From Auanema rhodensis (lineage: Eukaryota; Animalia; Nematoda), in assembly GCA_964057225.1 (NCBI GenBank), contig OZ059895.1, positions 11,408,001-11,472,000 on the forward strand: a stretch of DNA of 64,000 nt, read 5' to 3'. The translations under genes and the position numbers were made by a program. Positions 28,401 through 40,700 of the stretch are shown here, one piece after another; the stretch's first letter is position 1; the number at the start of each line of letters is the position of its first letter. The notes below the pieces were generated by a model, which saw only the letters and a list, made by a program, of their open reading frames with translations, did not search any database and was not told the DNA's origin.

Positions 28401-29943
28401 GCAATTCATCTTCAATATTATTTCTATCTTACAGTTATAAACCAATAGTTAATGAACCATCATCTTACCCTTACCGTTTCTATCTATTTCATATCAAAAC
28501 CAACTTTGTTCAAAAACTATACAACTGTGAAACCTTTTTTAATTTCTTGTATTTGGAGCTCATAAGATTTGATATCATTAAGGGATCCAGATAGAACGTG
28601 GAAAATTACATAACTAACATGAAATTGGGAAAAAATTATAACGAGGATAAGTATGTGAAACATTGAATATCAGATATTTTCGCTTAGGACCATACCACGT
28701 TGAAAGTACGGCATGCGGCTGATTTTCAATTTTAACTCTTCTGTAACAAATGTTTTCAATTTTCAAGCAGTTTTACTTAGATAGCTCAACCCAAGGCAGC
28801 AAATTATCTTCAATCTTATTTCTATCTTACAGTTATAAACCAATAGTTAATGAACCATCATCTTACCCTTACCGTTTCTATCTATTTCATATCAAAACCA
28901 ACTTTGTTCAAAAACTATACAACTGTGAAACCTTTTTTAATTTCTTGTATTTGGAGCTCATAAGATTTGATATCATTAAGGGATCCAGATAGAACGTGGA
29001 AAATTACATAACTAACATGAAATTGGGAAAAAATTGTAACGAGGATAAGTATGTAAATCATTGAATATCAGATGTTTTTGCTTACAACTATACCACGTTG
29101 TAAGTACGCCATGCCGCTGATTTTCAATTTTAACTCTTTTGTAACATATGTTTTCAATTTTCAAGCAGTTTTACTTAGATAGCTCAACCCAAGGCAGCAA
29201 TTCATCTTCAATATTATTTCTATCTTACAGTTATAAACCAATAGTTAATGAACCATCATCTTACCCTTACCGTTTCTATCTATTTCATATCGAAACCAAC
29301 TTTGTTCAAAAACTATACAACTGTGAAACCTTTTTTAATTTCTTGTATTTGGAGCTCATAAGATTTGATATCATTAAGGGATCCAGATAGAACGTGGAAA
29401 ATTACATAACTAACATGAAATTGGGAAAAAATTATAACGAGGATAAGTATGTATATCATTGAATATCAGATATTTTTGCTTACAACTATACCACGTTGTA
29501 AGTACGCCATGCCGCTGATTTTCAATTTTAACTCTTTTGTAACAAATGTTTTCAATTTTCAAGCAGTTTTACTTAGATAGCTCAACCCAAGGCAGCAATT
29601 CATCTTCAATATTATTTCTATCTTACAGTTATAAACCAATAGTTAATGAACCATCATCTTACCCTTACCGTTTCTATCTATTTCATATCAAAACCAACTT
29701 TGTTCAAAAACTATACAACTGTGAAACCTTTTTTAATTTCTTGTATTTGGAGCTCATAAGATTTGATATCATTAAGGGATCCAGATAGAACGTGGAAAAT
29801 TACATAACTAACATGAAATTGGGAAAAAATTATAACGAGGATAAGTATGTGAAACATTGAATATCAGATATTTTCGCTTAGGACCATACCACGTTGAAAG
29901 TACGGCATGCGGCTGATTTTCAATTTTAACTCTTCTGTAACAA

Positions 29944-30081
29944 ATGTTTTCAATTTTCAAGCAGTTTTACTTAGATAGCTCAACCCAAGGCAGCAAATTA
30001 TCTTCAATCTTATTTCTATCTTACAGTTATAAACCATTAGTTAATTGCCGCTGATTTTCAATTTTAACTCTTCTGTAACAA
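29944..30081 (+). repeat. Truncated 138-bp monomer (~260 bp missing), junction at 30045/30046
   Basis: The junction reads CCATTAGTTAAT|TGCCGCTGATTTTC. Equivalent ATGTTTTC positions at 29944 and 30082 are 138 bp apart. Confidence 0.93.
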
Positions 30082-31734
30082 ATGTTTTCAATTTTCAAGC
30101 AGTTTTACTTAGATAGCTCAACCCAAGGCAGCAAATTATCTTCAATCTTATTTCTATCTTACAGTTATAAACCATTAGTTAATAAACCATCATCTTACCT
30201 TCACTATTTCTATCTATTTCCTAACAAAACCAACTTTGTTCAAACACTATACAACTGAGAAGCCTTTTTTAATTTCTTGTATTTGGAGCTCAATAGATTT
30301 GATATCATTGAGGGATTCAGATAGAATGTGGAAAATTACATAACTAACATGAAATTGGGAAAAAATTATAACGAGGATAAGTATGTGAAACATTGAATAT
30401 CAGATATTTTCGCTTAGGACCATACCACGTTGAAAGTACGGCATGCGGCTGATTTTCAATTTTAACTCTTCTGTAACAAATGTTTTCAATTTTCAAGCAG
30501 TTTTACTTAGATAGCTCAACCCAAGGCAGCAAATTATCTTCAATCTTTTTTCTATCTTACAGTTATAAACCATTAGTTAATAAACCATCATCTTACCCTT
30601 ACCGTTTCTATCTATTTCCTATCGAAACCAACTTTGTTCAAAAACTATACAACTGTGAAACCTTTTTTAATTTCTTGTATTTGGAGCTCATAAGATTTGA
30701 TATCATCGAGGGATCCAGATAGAACGTGGAAAATTACGTAACTAACATGAAATTGGAAAAAACTATAACGAGGATAAGTATGTGAATCATTGAATATCAG
30801 ATATTTTCGCTTAGGACCATACCACGTTGAAAGTACGGCATGCGGCTGATTTTCAATTTTAACTCTTCTGTAACAAATGTTTTCAATTTTCAAGCAGTTT
30901 TACTTAGATAGCTCAACCCAAGGCAGCAAATTATCTTCAATCTTATTTCTATCTTACAGTTATAAACCATTAGTTAATAAACCATCATCTTACCCTTACC
31001 GTTTCTATCTATTTCCTATCGAAACCAACTTTGTTCAAAAACTATACAACTGTGAAACCTTTTTTAATTTCTTGTATTTGGAGCTCATAAGATTTGATAT
31101 CATCGAGGGATCCAGATAGAACGTGGAAAATTACGTAACTAATATGAAATTGGAAAAAACTATAACGAGGATAAGTATGTGAATCATTGAATATCAGATA
31201 TTTTCGCTTAGGACCATACCACGTTGAAAGTACGCCATGCCGCTGATTTTCAATTTTAACTCTTTTGTAACAAATGTTTTCAATTTTCAAGCAGTTTTAC
31301 TCAGATAGCTCAACCCAAGGCAGCAAATTATCTTCAATATTATTTCTATCTTACAGTTATAAACCAATAGTTAATGAACCATCATCTTACCTTTACTGTT
31401 TCTATCTATTTCCTATCGAAAGCAACTTTGTTCAAACAGTATACAACTGTGAAACCTTTTTTAATTTCTTGTATTCGGAGCTCATAAGATTTGATATCAT
31501 CGAGGGATCCAGATAGAACGTGGAAAATTACATAACTAACATGAAATTGGGAAAATTATAACGAGGATAAGTATGTGAAACATTGAATATCAGATATTTT
31601 CGCTTAGGACCATACCACGTTGAAAGTACGCCATGCCGCTGATTTTCAATTTTAACTCTTTTGTAACAAATGTTTTCAATTTTCAAGCAGTTTTACTTAG
31701 ATAGCTCAACCCAAGGCAGCAATTCATCTTCAAT

Positions 31735-31765
31735 ATTATTTCTAATATCTGATATCTGATATTCA
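31735..31765. other. Orientation switch (+ to -) with a 7-bp duplication ATATCTG
   Basis: The junction reads ...TATTTCTA|ATATCTG ATATCTG ATATTCAATG. The normal reverse monomer is AAAATATCTGATATTCAATG, with one ATATCTG. Confidence 0.93.
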
Positions 31766-34700
31766 ATGATTCACATACTTATCCTCGTTATAGTTTTTTC
31801 CAATTTCATGTTAGTTACGTAATTTTCCACGTTCTATCTGGATCCCTCAATGATATCAAATCTTATGAGCTCCAAATACAAGAAATTAAAAAAGGTTTCA
31901 CAGTTGTATAGTTTTGGAACAAAGTTGGTTTCGATAGGAAATAGATAGAAACGGTAAGGGTAAGATGATGGTTCATTCACTACTGGTTTATAACTGTAAG
32001 ATAGAAATAAGATTGAAGATAATTTGCTGCCTTGGGTTGAGCTATCTAAGTAAAACTGCTTGAAAATTGAAAACATTTGTTACAAAAGAGTTAAAATTGA
32101 AAATCAGCGGCATGGCGTACTTTCAACGTGGTATGGTCCTAAGCGAAAATATCTGATATTCAATGTTTCACATACTTATCCTTGTTATAATTTTTTCCCA
32201 ATTTCATGTTAGTTATGTAATTTTCCACGTTCTATCTGGATCCCTCGATGATATCAAATCTTATGAGCTCCAAATACAAGAAATTAAAAAAAGTTTCACA
32301 GTTGTATAGTTTTTGAACAAAGTTGGTATCGATAGGAAATAGATAGAAACGGTAAGGGTAAGATGATGGTTTATTAACTAATGGTTTATAACTGTAAGAT
32401 AGAAATAAGATTGAAGATAATTTGCTGCCTTGGGTTGAGCTATCTAAGTAAAACTGCTTGAAAATTGAAAACATTTGTTACAGAAGAGTTAAAATTGAAA
32501 ATCAGCCGCATGCCGTACTTTCAACGTGGTATGGTCCTAAGCGAAAATATCTGATATTCAATGTTTCACATACTTATCCTCGTTATAATTTTTTCCCAAT
32601 TTCATGTTAGTTATGTAATTTTCCACATTCTATCTGAATCCCTCGATGATATCAAATCTTATGAGCTCCAAATACAAGAAATTAAAAAAGGTTTCACAGT
32701 TGTATAGTGTTTGAACAAAGTTGGTTTTGATAGGAAATAGATAGAAATAGTGAAGGTAAGATGATGGTTTATTAACTAATGGTTTATAACTGTAAGATAG
32801 AAATAAGATTGAAGATAATTTGCTGCCTTGGGTTCAGCTATCTAAGTAAAACTGCTTGAAAATTGAAAACATTTGTTACAGAAGAGTTAAAATTGAAAAT
32901 CAGCCGCATGCCGTACTTTCAACGTGGTATGGTCCTAAGCAAAAATATCTGATATTCAATGTTTCACATACTTATCCTCGTTATAATTTTTTCCCAATTT
33001 CATGTTAGTTATGTAATTTTCCACGTTCTATCTGGATCCCTTAATGATATCAAATCTTATGAGCTCCAAATACAAGAAATTAAAAAAGGTTTCACAGTTG
33101 TATAGTTTTTGAACAAAGTTGGTTTTGATATGAAATAGATAGAAACGGTAAGGGTAAGATGATGGTTCATTAACTATTGGTTTATAACTGTAAGATAGAA
33201 ATAATATTGAAGATGAATTGCTGCCTTGGGTTGAGCTATCTAAGTAAAACTGCTTGAAATTTGAAAACATTTGTTACAAAAGAGTTAAAATTGAAAATCA
33301 GCGGCATGGCGTACTTACAACGTGGTATAGTTGTAAGCAAAAACATCTGATATTCAATGATTTACATACTTATCCTCGTTACAATTTTTTCCCAATTTCA
33401 TGTTAGTTATGTAATTTTCCACGTTCTATCTGGATCCCTTAATGATATCAAATCTTATGAGCTCCAAATACAAGAAATTAAAAAAGGTTTCACAGTTGTA
33501 TAGTTTTTGAACAAAGTTGGTTTCGATATGAAATAGATAGAAACGGTAAGGGTAAGATGATGGTTCATTAACTATTGGTTTATAACTGTAAGATAGAAAT
33601 AATATTGAAGATGAATTGCTGCATTGGGTTGAGCTATCTAAGTAAAACTGCTTGAAAATTGAAAACATTTGTTACAAAAGAGTTAAAATTGAAAATCAGC
33701 GGCATAGCGTACTTACAACGTAGTATAGTTGTAAGCAAAAATATCTGATATTCAATGATTTACATACTTATCCTCTTTATAGTTTTTTCCAATTTCATGT
33801 TAGTTACGTAATTTTCCACGTTCTATCTGGATCCCTCAATGATATCAAATCTTATGAGCTCCAAATACAAGAAATTAAAAAAGGTTTCACAGTTGTATAG
33901 TTTTTGAACAAAGTTGGTTTCGATAGGAAATAGATAGAAACGGTAAAGGTAAGATGATGGTTCATTCACTACTGGTTTATAACTGTAAGATAGAAATAAG
34001 ATTGAAGATAATTTGCTGCCTTGGGTTGAGCTATCTAAGTAAAACTGCTTAAAAATTGAAAACATTTGTTACAAAAGAGTTAAAATTGAAAATCAGCGGC
34101 ATGGCGTACTTTCAACGTGGTATGGTCCTAAGCGAAAATATCTGATATTCAATGTTTCACATACTTATCCTCGTTATAATTTTTTCCCAATTTCATGTTA
34201 GTTATGTAATTTTCCACGTTCTATCTGGATCCCTCGATGATATCAAATCTTATGAGCTCCATATACAAGAAATTAAAAAAGGTTTCACAGTTGTATAGTG
34301 TTTGAACAAAGTTGCTTTCGATAGGAAATAGATAGAAACAGTAAAGGTAAGATGATGGTTCATTAACTATTAGTTTATAACTGTAAGATAGAAATAATAT
34401 TAAAGATAATTTGCTGCCTTGGGTTAAGCTATCTGAGTAAAACTGCTTGAAAATTGAAAACATTTGTTACAAAAGAGTTAAAATTGAAAATCAGCGGCAT
34501 GGCGTACTTTCAACGTGGTATGGTCCTAAGCGAAAATATCTGATATTCAATGATTCACATACTTATCCTCGTTATAGGTTTTTCCAATTTCATGTTAGTT
34601 ACGTAATTTTCCACGTTCTATCTGGATCCCTCAATGATATCAAATCTTATGAGCTCCAAATACAAGAAATTAAAAAAGGTTTCACAGTTGTATAGTTTTT

Positions 34701-37700
34701 GAACAAAGTTGCTTTCGATAGGAAATAGATAGAAACAGTAAAGGTAAGATGATGGTTCATTAACTATTAGTTTATAACTGTAAGATAGAAATAATATTGA
34801 AGATGAATTGCTGCCTTGGGTTGAGCTATCTAAGTAAAACTGCTTGAAAATTGAAAACATTTGTTACAAAAGAGTTAAAATTGAAAATCAGCGGCATGGC
34901 GTACTTACAACGTAGTATAGTTGTAAGCAAAAATATCTGATATTCAATGATTTACATACTTATCCTCTTTATAGTTTTTTCCAATTTCATGTTAGTTACG
35001 TAATTTTCCACGTTCTATCTGGATCCCTCAATGTTATAAAATCTTATGAGCTCCAAATACAAGAAATTAAAAAAGGTTTCACAGTTGTATAGTTTTTGAA
35101 CAAAGTTGGTTTCGATAGGAAATAGATAGAAACGGTAAGGGTAAGATGATGGTTCATTCACTACTGGTTTATAACTGTAAGATAGAAATAAGATTGAAGA
35201 TAATTTGCTGCCTTGGGTTGAGCTATCTAAGTAAAACTGCTTAAAAATTGAAAACATTTGTTACAAAAGAGTTAAACTTGAAAATCAGCGGCATGGCGTA
35301 CTTTCAACGTGGTATGCTCGTAAGCGAAAATATCTGATATTCAATGATTTACATACTTATCCTCGTTATAGGTTTTTCCAATTTCATGTTAGTTACGTAA
35401 TTTTCCACGTTCTATCTGGATCCCTCAATGATATCAAATCTTATGAGCTCCAAATACAAGAAATTAAAAAAGGCTTCTCAGTTGTATAGTGTTTGAACAA
35501 AGTTGGTTTTGATAGGAAATAGATAGAAATAGTAAAGGTAAGATGATGGTTCATTAACTATTGGTTTATAACTGTAAGATAGAAATAATATTGAAGATGA
35601 ATTGCTGCCTTGGGTTGAGCTATCTAAGTAAAACTGCTTGAAAATTGAAAACATATGTTACAAAAGAGTTAAAATTGAAAATCAGCGGCATGGCGTACTT
35701 ACAACGTGGTATAGTTGTAAGCAAAAATATCTGATATTCAATGATTTACATACTTATCCTCGTTATAATTTTTTCCCAATTTCATGTTAGTTATGTAATT
35801 TTCCACGTTCTATCTGGATCCCTTAATGATATCAAATCTTATGAGCTCCAAATACAAGAAATTAAAAAAGGTTTCACAGTTGTATAGTTTTTGAACAAAG
35901 TTGGTTTCGATATGAAATAGATAGAAACGGTAAGGGTAAGATGATGGTTTATTAACTATTGTTTTATAACTGTAAGATAGAAATAATATTGAAGATGAAT
36001 TGCTGCCTTGGGTTGAGCTATCTAAGTAAAACTGCTTGAAAATTGAAAACATATGTTACAAAAGAGTTAAAATTGAAAATCAGCGGCATGGCGTACTTAC
36101 AACGTGGTATAGTTGAAAGCAAAAATATCTGATATTCAATGATTTACATACTTATCCTCGTTATAATTTTTTCCCAATTTCATGTTAGTTATGTAATTTT
36201 CCACGTTCTATCTGGATCCCTTAATGATATCAAATCTTATGAGCTTCAAATACAAGAAATTAAAAAAGGTTTCACAGTTGTATAGTTTTTGAACAAAGTT
36301 GGTTTCGATAGGAAATAGAAAGAAACGGTAAGGGTAAGATGATGGTTCATTAACTATTGGTTTATAACTGTAAGATAGAAATAATATTGAAGATAATTTG
36401 CTGCCTTGGGTTAAGCTATCTGAGTAAAACTGCTTGAAAATTGAAAACATTTGTTACAAAAGAGTTAAAATTGAAAATCAGCGGCATGGCGTACTTTCAA
36501 CGTGGTATGGTCCTAAGCGAAAATATCTGATATTCAATGATTCACATACTTATCCTCGTTATAGTTTTTTCCAATTTCATGTTAGTTACGTAATTTTCCA
36601 CGTTCTATCTGGATCCCTCGATGATATCAAATCTTATGAGTTCCAAATACAAGAAATTAAAAAAGGGTTCACAGTTGTATAGTGTTTAAACAATGTTTCT
36701 TTTGATAGAAAATAGATAGAAACAGTGAAGGTAAGATGATGGTTCATTAAGTAATGGTTTATAACTGTAAGATAGAAATAAGATTGAAGATAATTTGCTG
36801 CCTTGGGTTGAGCTATCTAAGTAAAACTGCTTGAAAATTCAAACATTTGTTACAGAAGAGTTAAAATTGAAAATCAGCCGCATGCCGTACTTTCAACGTG
36901 GTATGGTCCTGAGCGAAAATATCTGATATTCAATGTTTCACATACTTATCCTCGTCATAATTTTTTCCCAATTTCATGTTAGTTATGTAATTTTCCACAT
37001 TCTATCTGGATCCCTCAATGATATCAAATCTTATGAGCTCCAAATACAAGAAATTAAAAAAGGTTTCACAGTTGTATAGTGTTTGAACAAAGTTGCTTTT
37101 GATAGGAAATAGATAGAAACAGTAAAGGTAAGATGATGGTTCATTAACTATTGGTTTATAACTGTAAGATAGAAATAATATTGAAGATAATTTGCTGCCT
37201 AGGGTTAAGCTATCTGAGTAAAACTGCTTGAAAATTGAAAACATTTAATACAGAAGAGTTAAAATTGAAAATCAGCGGCATGGCGTACTTTCAACGTGGT
37301 ATGGTCCTAAGCGAAAATATCTGATATTCAATGATTCACATACTTATCCTCGTTATAGTTTTTTCCAATTTCATGTTAGTTACGTAATTTTCCACGTTCT
37401 ATCTGGATCCCTCAATGATATCAAATCTTATGAGCTCCAAATACAAGAAATTAAAAAAGGCTTCTCAGTTGTATAGTGTTTGAACAAAGTTGGTTTTGAT
37501 AGGAAATAGATAGCAATAGTAAAGGTAAGATGATGGTTCATTAACTAATGGTTTATAACTGTAAGATAGAAATAAGATTGAAGATAATTTGCTGCCTAGG
37601 GTTAAGCTATCTGAGTAAAACTGCTTGAAAATTGAAAACATTTAATACAGAAGAGTTAAAATTGAAAATCAGCGGCATGGCGTACTTTCAACGTGGTTTG

Positions 37701-40700
37701 GTCCTAAGCGAAAATATCTGATATTCAATGTTTCACATACTTATCCTCGTCATAATTTTTTCCCAATTTCATGTTAGTTATGTAATTTTCCACATTCTAT
37801 CTGGATCCCTCAATGATATCAAATCTTATGAGCTCCAAATACAAGAAATTAAAAAAGGTTTCACAGTTGTATAGTGTTTGAACAAAGTTGCTTTCGATAG
37901 GAAATAGATAGAAACAGTAAAGGTAAGATGATGGTTCATTAACTATTGGTTTATAACTGTAAGATAGAAATAATATTGAAGATAAATTGCTGCCTAGGGT
38001 TAAGCTATCTGAGTAAAACTGCTTGAAAATTGAAAACATTTAATACAGAAGAGTTAAAATTGAAAATCAGCGGCATGGCGTACTTTCAACGTGGTATGGT
38101 CCTAAGCGAAAATATCTGATATTCAATGTTTCACATACTTATCCTCGTCATAATTTTTTCCCAATTTCATGTTAGTTATGTAATTTTCCACATTCTATCT
38201 GGATCCCTCAATGATATCAAATCTTATGAGCTCCAAATACAAGAAATTAAAAAAGGTTTCACAGTTGTATAGTGTTTGAACAAAGTTGCTTTCGATAGGA
38301 AATAGATAGAAACAGTAAAGGTAAGATGATGGTTCATTAACTATTGGTTTATAACTGTAAGATAGAAATAATATTGAAGATAATTTGCTGCCTAGGGTTA
38401 AGCTATCTGAGTAAAACTGCTTGAAAATTGAAAACATTTAATACAGAAGAGTTAAAATTGAAAATCAGCGGCATGGCGTACTTTCAACGTGGTATGGTCC
38501 TAAGCGAAAATATCTGATATTCAATGATTCACATACTTATCCTCGTTATAGTTTTTTCCAATTTCATGTTAGTTACGTAATTTTCCACGTTCTATCTGGA
38601 TCCCTCAATGATATCAAATCTTATGAGCTCCAAATACAAGAAATTAAAAAAGGCTTCTCAGTTGTATAGTGTTTGAACAAAGTTGGTTTTGATAGGAAAT
38701 AGATAGCAATAGTAAAGGTAAGATGATGGTTCATTAACTAATGGTTTATAACTGTAAGATAGAAATAATATTGAAGATGAATTGCTGCCTTGGGTTGAGC
38801 TATCTAAGTAAAACTGCTTGAAAATTGAAAACATTTGTTACAAAAGAGTTAAAATTGAAAATCAGCGGCATGGCGTACTTACAACGTGGTATAGTTGTAA
38901 GCAAAAATATCTGATATCCAATGATTTACATACTTATCCTCGTTATAATTTTTTCCCAATTTCATGTTAGTTATGTAATTTTCCACGTTCTATCTGGATC
39001 CCTTAATGATATCAAATCTTATGAGCTTCAAATACAAGAAATTAAAAAAGGTTTCACAGTTGTATAGTTTTTGAACAAAGTTGGTTTCGATAGGAAATAG
39101 ATAGAAACAGTAAAGGTAAGATGATGGTTCATTAACTATTGGTTTATAACTGTAAGATAGAAATAATATTGAAGATAATTTGCTGCCTTGGGTTAAGCTA
39201 TCTGAGTAAAACTGCTTGAAAATTGAAAACATTTGTTACAAAAGAGTTAAAATTGAAAATCAGCGGCATGGCGTACTTTCAACGTGGTATGGTCCTAAGC
39301 AAAAATATCTGATATTCAATGATTCACATACTTATCCTCGTTATAATTTTTTCCCAATTTCATGTTAGTTACGTAATTTTCCACGTTCTATCTGGATCCC
39401 TCAATGATATCAAATCTTATGAGCTCCAAATACAAGAAATTAAAAAAGGCTTCTCAGTTGTATAGTGTTTGAACAAAGTTGGTTTTGATAGGAAATAGAT
39501 AGAAATAGTAAAGGTAAGATGATGGTTCATTAACTAATGGTTTATAACTGTAAGATAGAAATAAGATTGAAGATAATTTGCTGCCTTGGGTTGAGCTATC
39601 TAAGTAAAACTGCTTGAAAATTGAAAACATTTGTTACAGAAGAGTTAAAATTGAAAATCAGCCGCATGCCGTACTTTCAACGTGGTATGGTCCTAAGCGA
39701 AAATAGCTGATATTCAATGTTTCACATACTTATCCTCGTTATAATTTTTTCCCAATTTCATGTTAGTTATGTAATTTTCCACGTTCTATCTGGATCCCTT
39801 AATGATATCAAATCTTATGAGCTCCAAATACAAGAAATTAAAAAAGGTTTCACAGTTGTATAGTTTTTGAACAAAGTTGGTTTCGATATGAAATAGATAG
39901 AAACGGTAAGGGTAAGATGATGGTTCATTAACTATTGGTTTATAACTGTAAGATAGAAATAATATTGAAGATGAATTGCTGCCTTGGGTTGAGCTATCTA
40001 AGTAAAACTGCTTGAAAATTGAAAACATATGTTACAAAAGAGTTAAAATTAAAAATCAGCGGCATGGCGTACTTACAACGTGGTATAGTTGTAAGCAAAA
40101 ATATCTGATATTCAATGATTTATATAATTATCCTCGTTATAATTTTTTCCCAATTTCATGTTAGTTATGTAATTTTCCACGTTCTATCTGGATCCCTTAA
40201 TGATATTTAATCTTATGAGCTTCAAATACAAGAAATTAAAAAAGGTTTCACAGTTGTATAGTTTTTGAACAAAGTTGGTTTCGATAGGAAATAGATAGAA
40301 ACGGTAAGGGTAAGATGATGGTTCATTAACTATTGGTTTATAACTGTAAGATAGAAATAATATTGAAGATAAATTGCTGCCTTGGGTTGAGCTATCTAAG
40401 TAAAACTGCTTGAAAATTGAAAACATTTGTTACAAAAGAGTTAAAATCGAAAATCAGCGGCATGGCGTACTTTCAACGTGGTATGGTCCTAAGCGAAAAT
40501 ATCTGATATTCAATGATTGACATACTTATCCTCGTTATAGTTTTTTCCAATTTCATGTTAGTTACGTAATTTTCCACGTTCTATCTGGATCCCTTAATGA
40601 TATCAAATCTTATGAGCTTCAAATACAAGAAATTAAAAAAGGTTTCACAGTTGTATAGTTTTTGAACAAAGTTGGTTTCGATAGGAAATAGATAGAAACA

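Larger units (their letters stand above)
1..31744 (+). repeat. Satellite block 1, forward orientation, subfamily A
   Basis: Monomers read ATGTTTTCAATTTTC...GGATCCAGATAG on the + strand. Typical variants are ACTAACATG, TACGGCATGCGG, TTACAACTATACC, CTGAGAAGCC and AAAAGAAACATTGTTTAAAC. The last forward bases are ...CAATATTATTTCTA at 31744. Confidence 0.97.
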
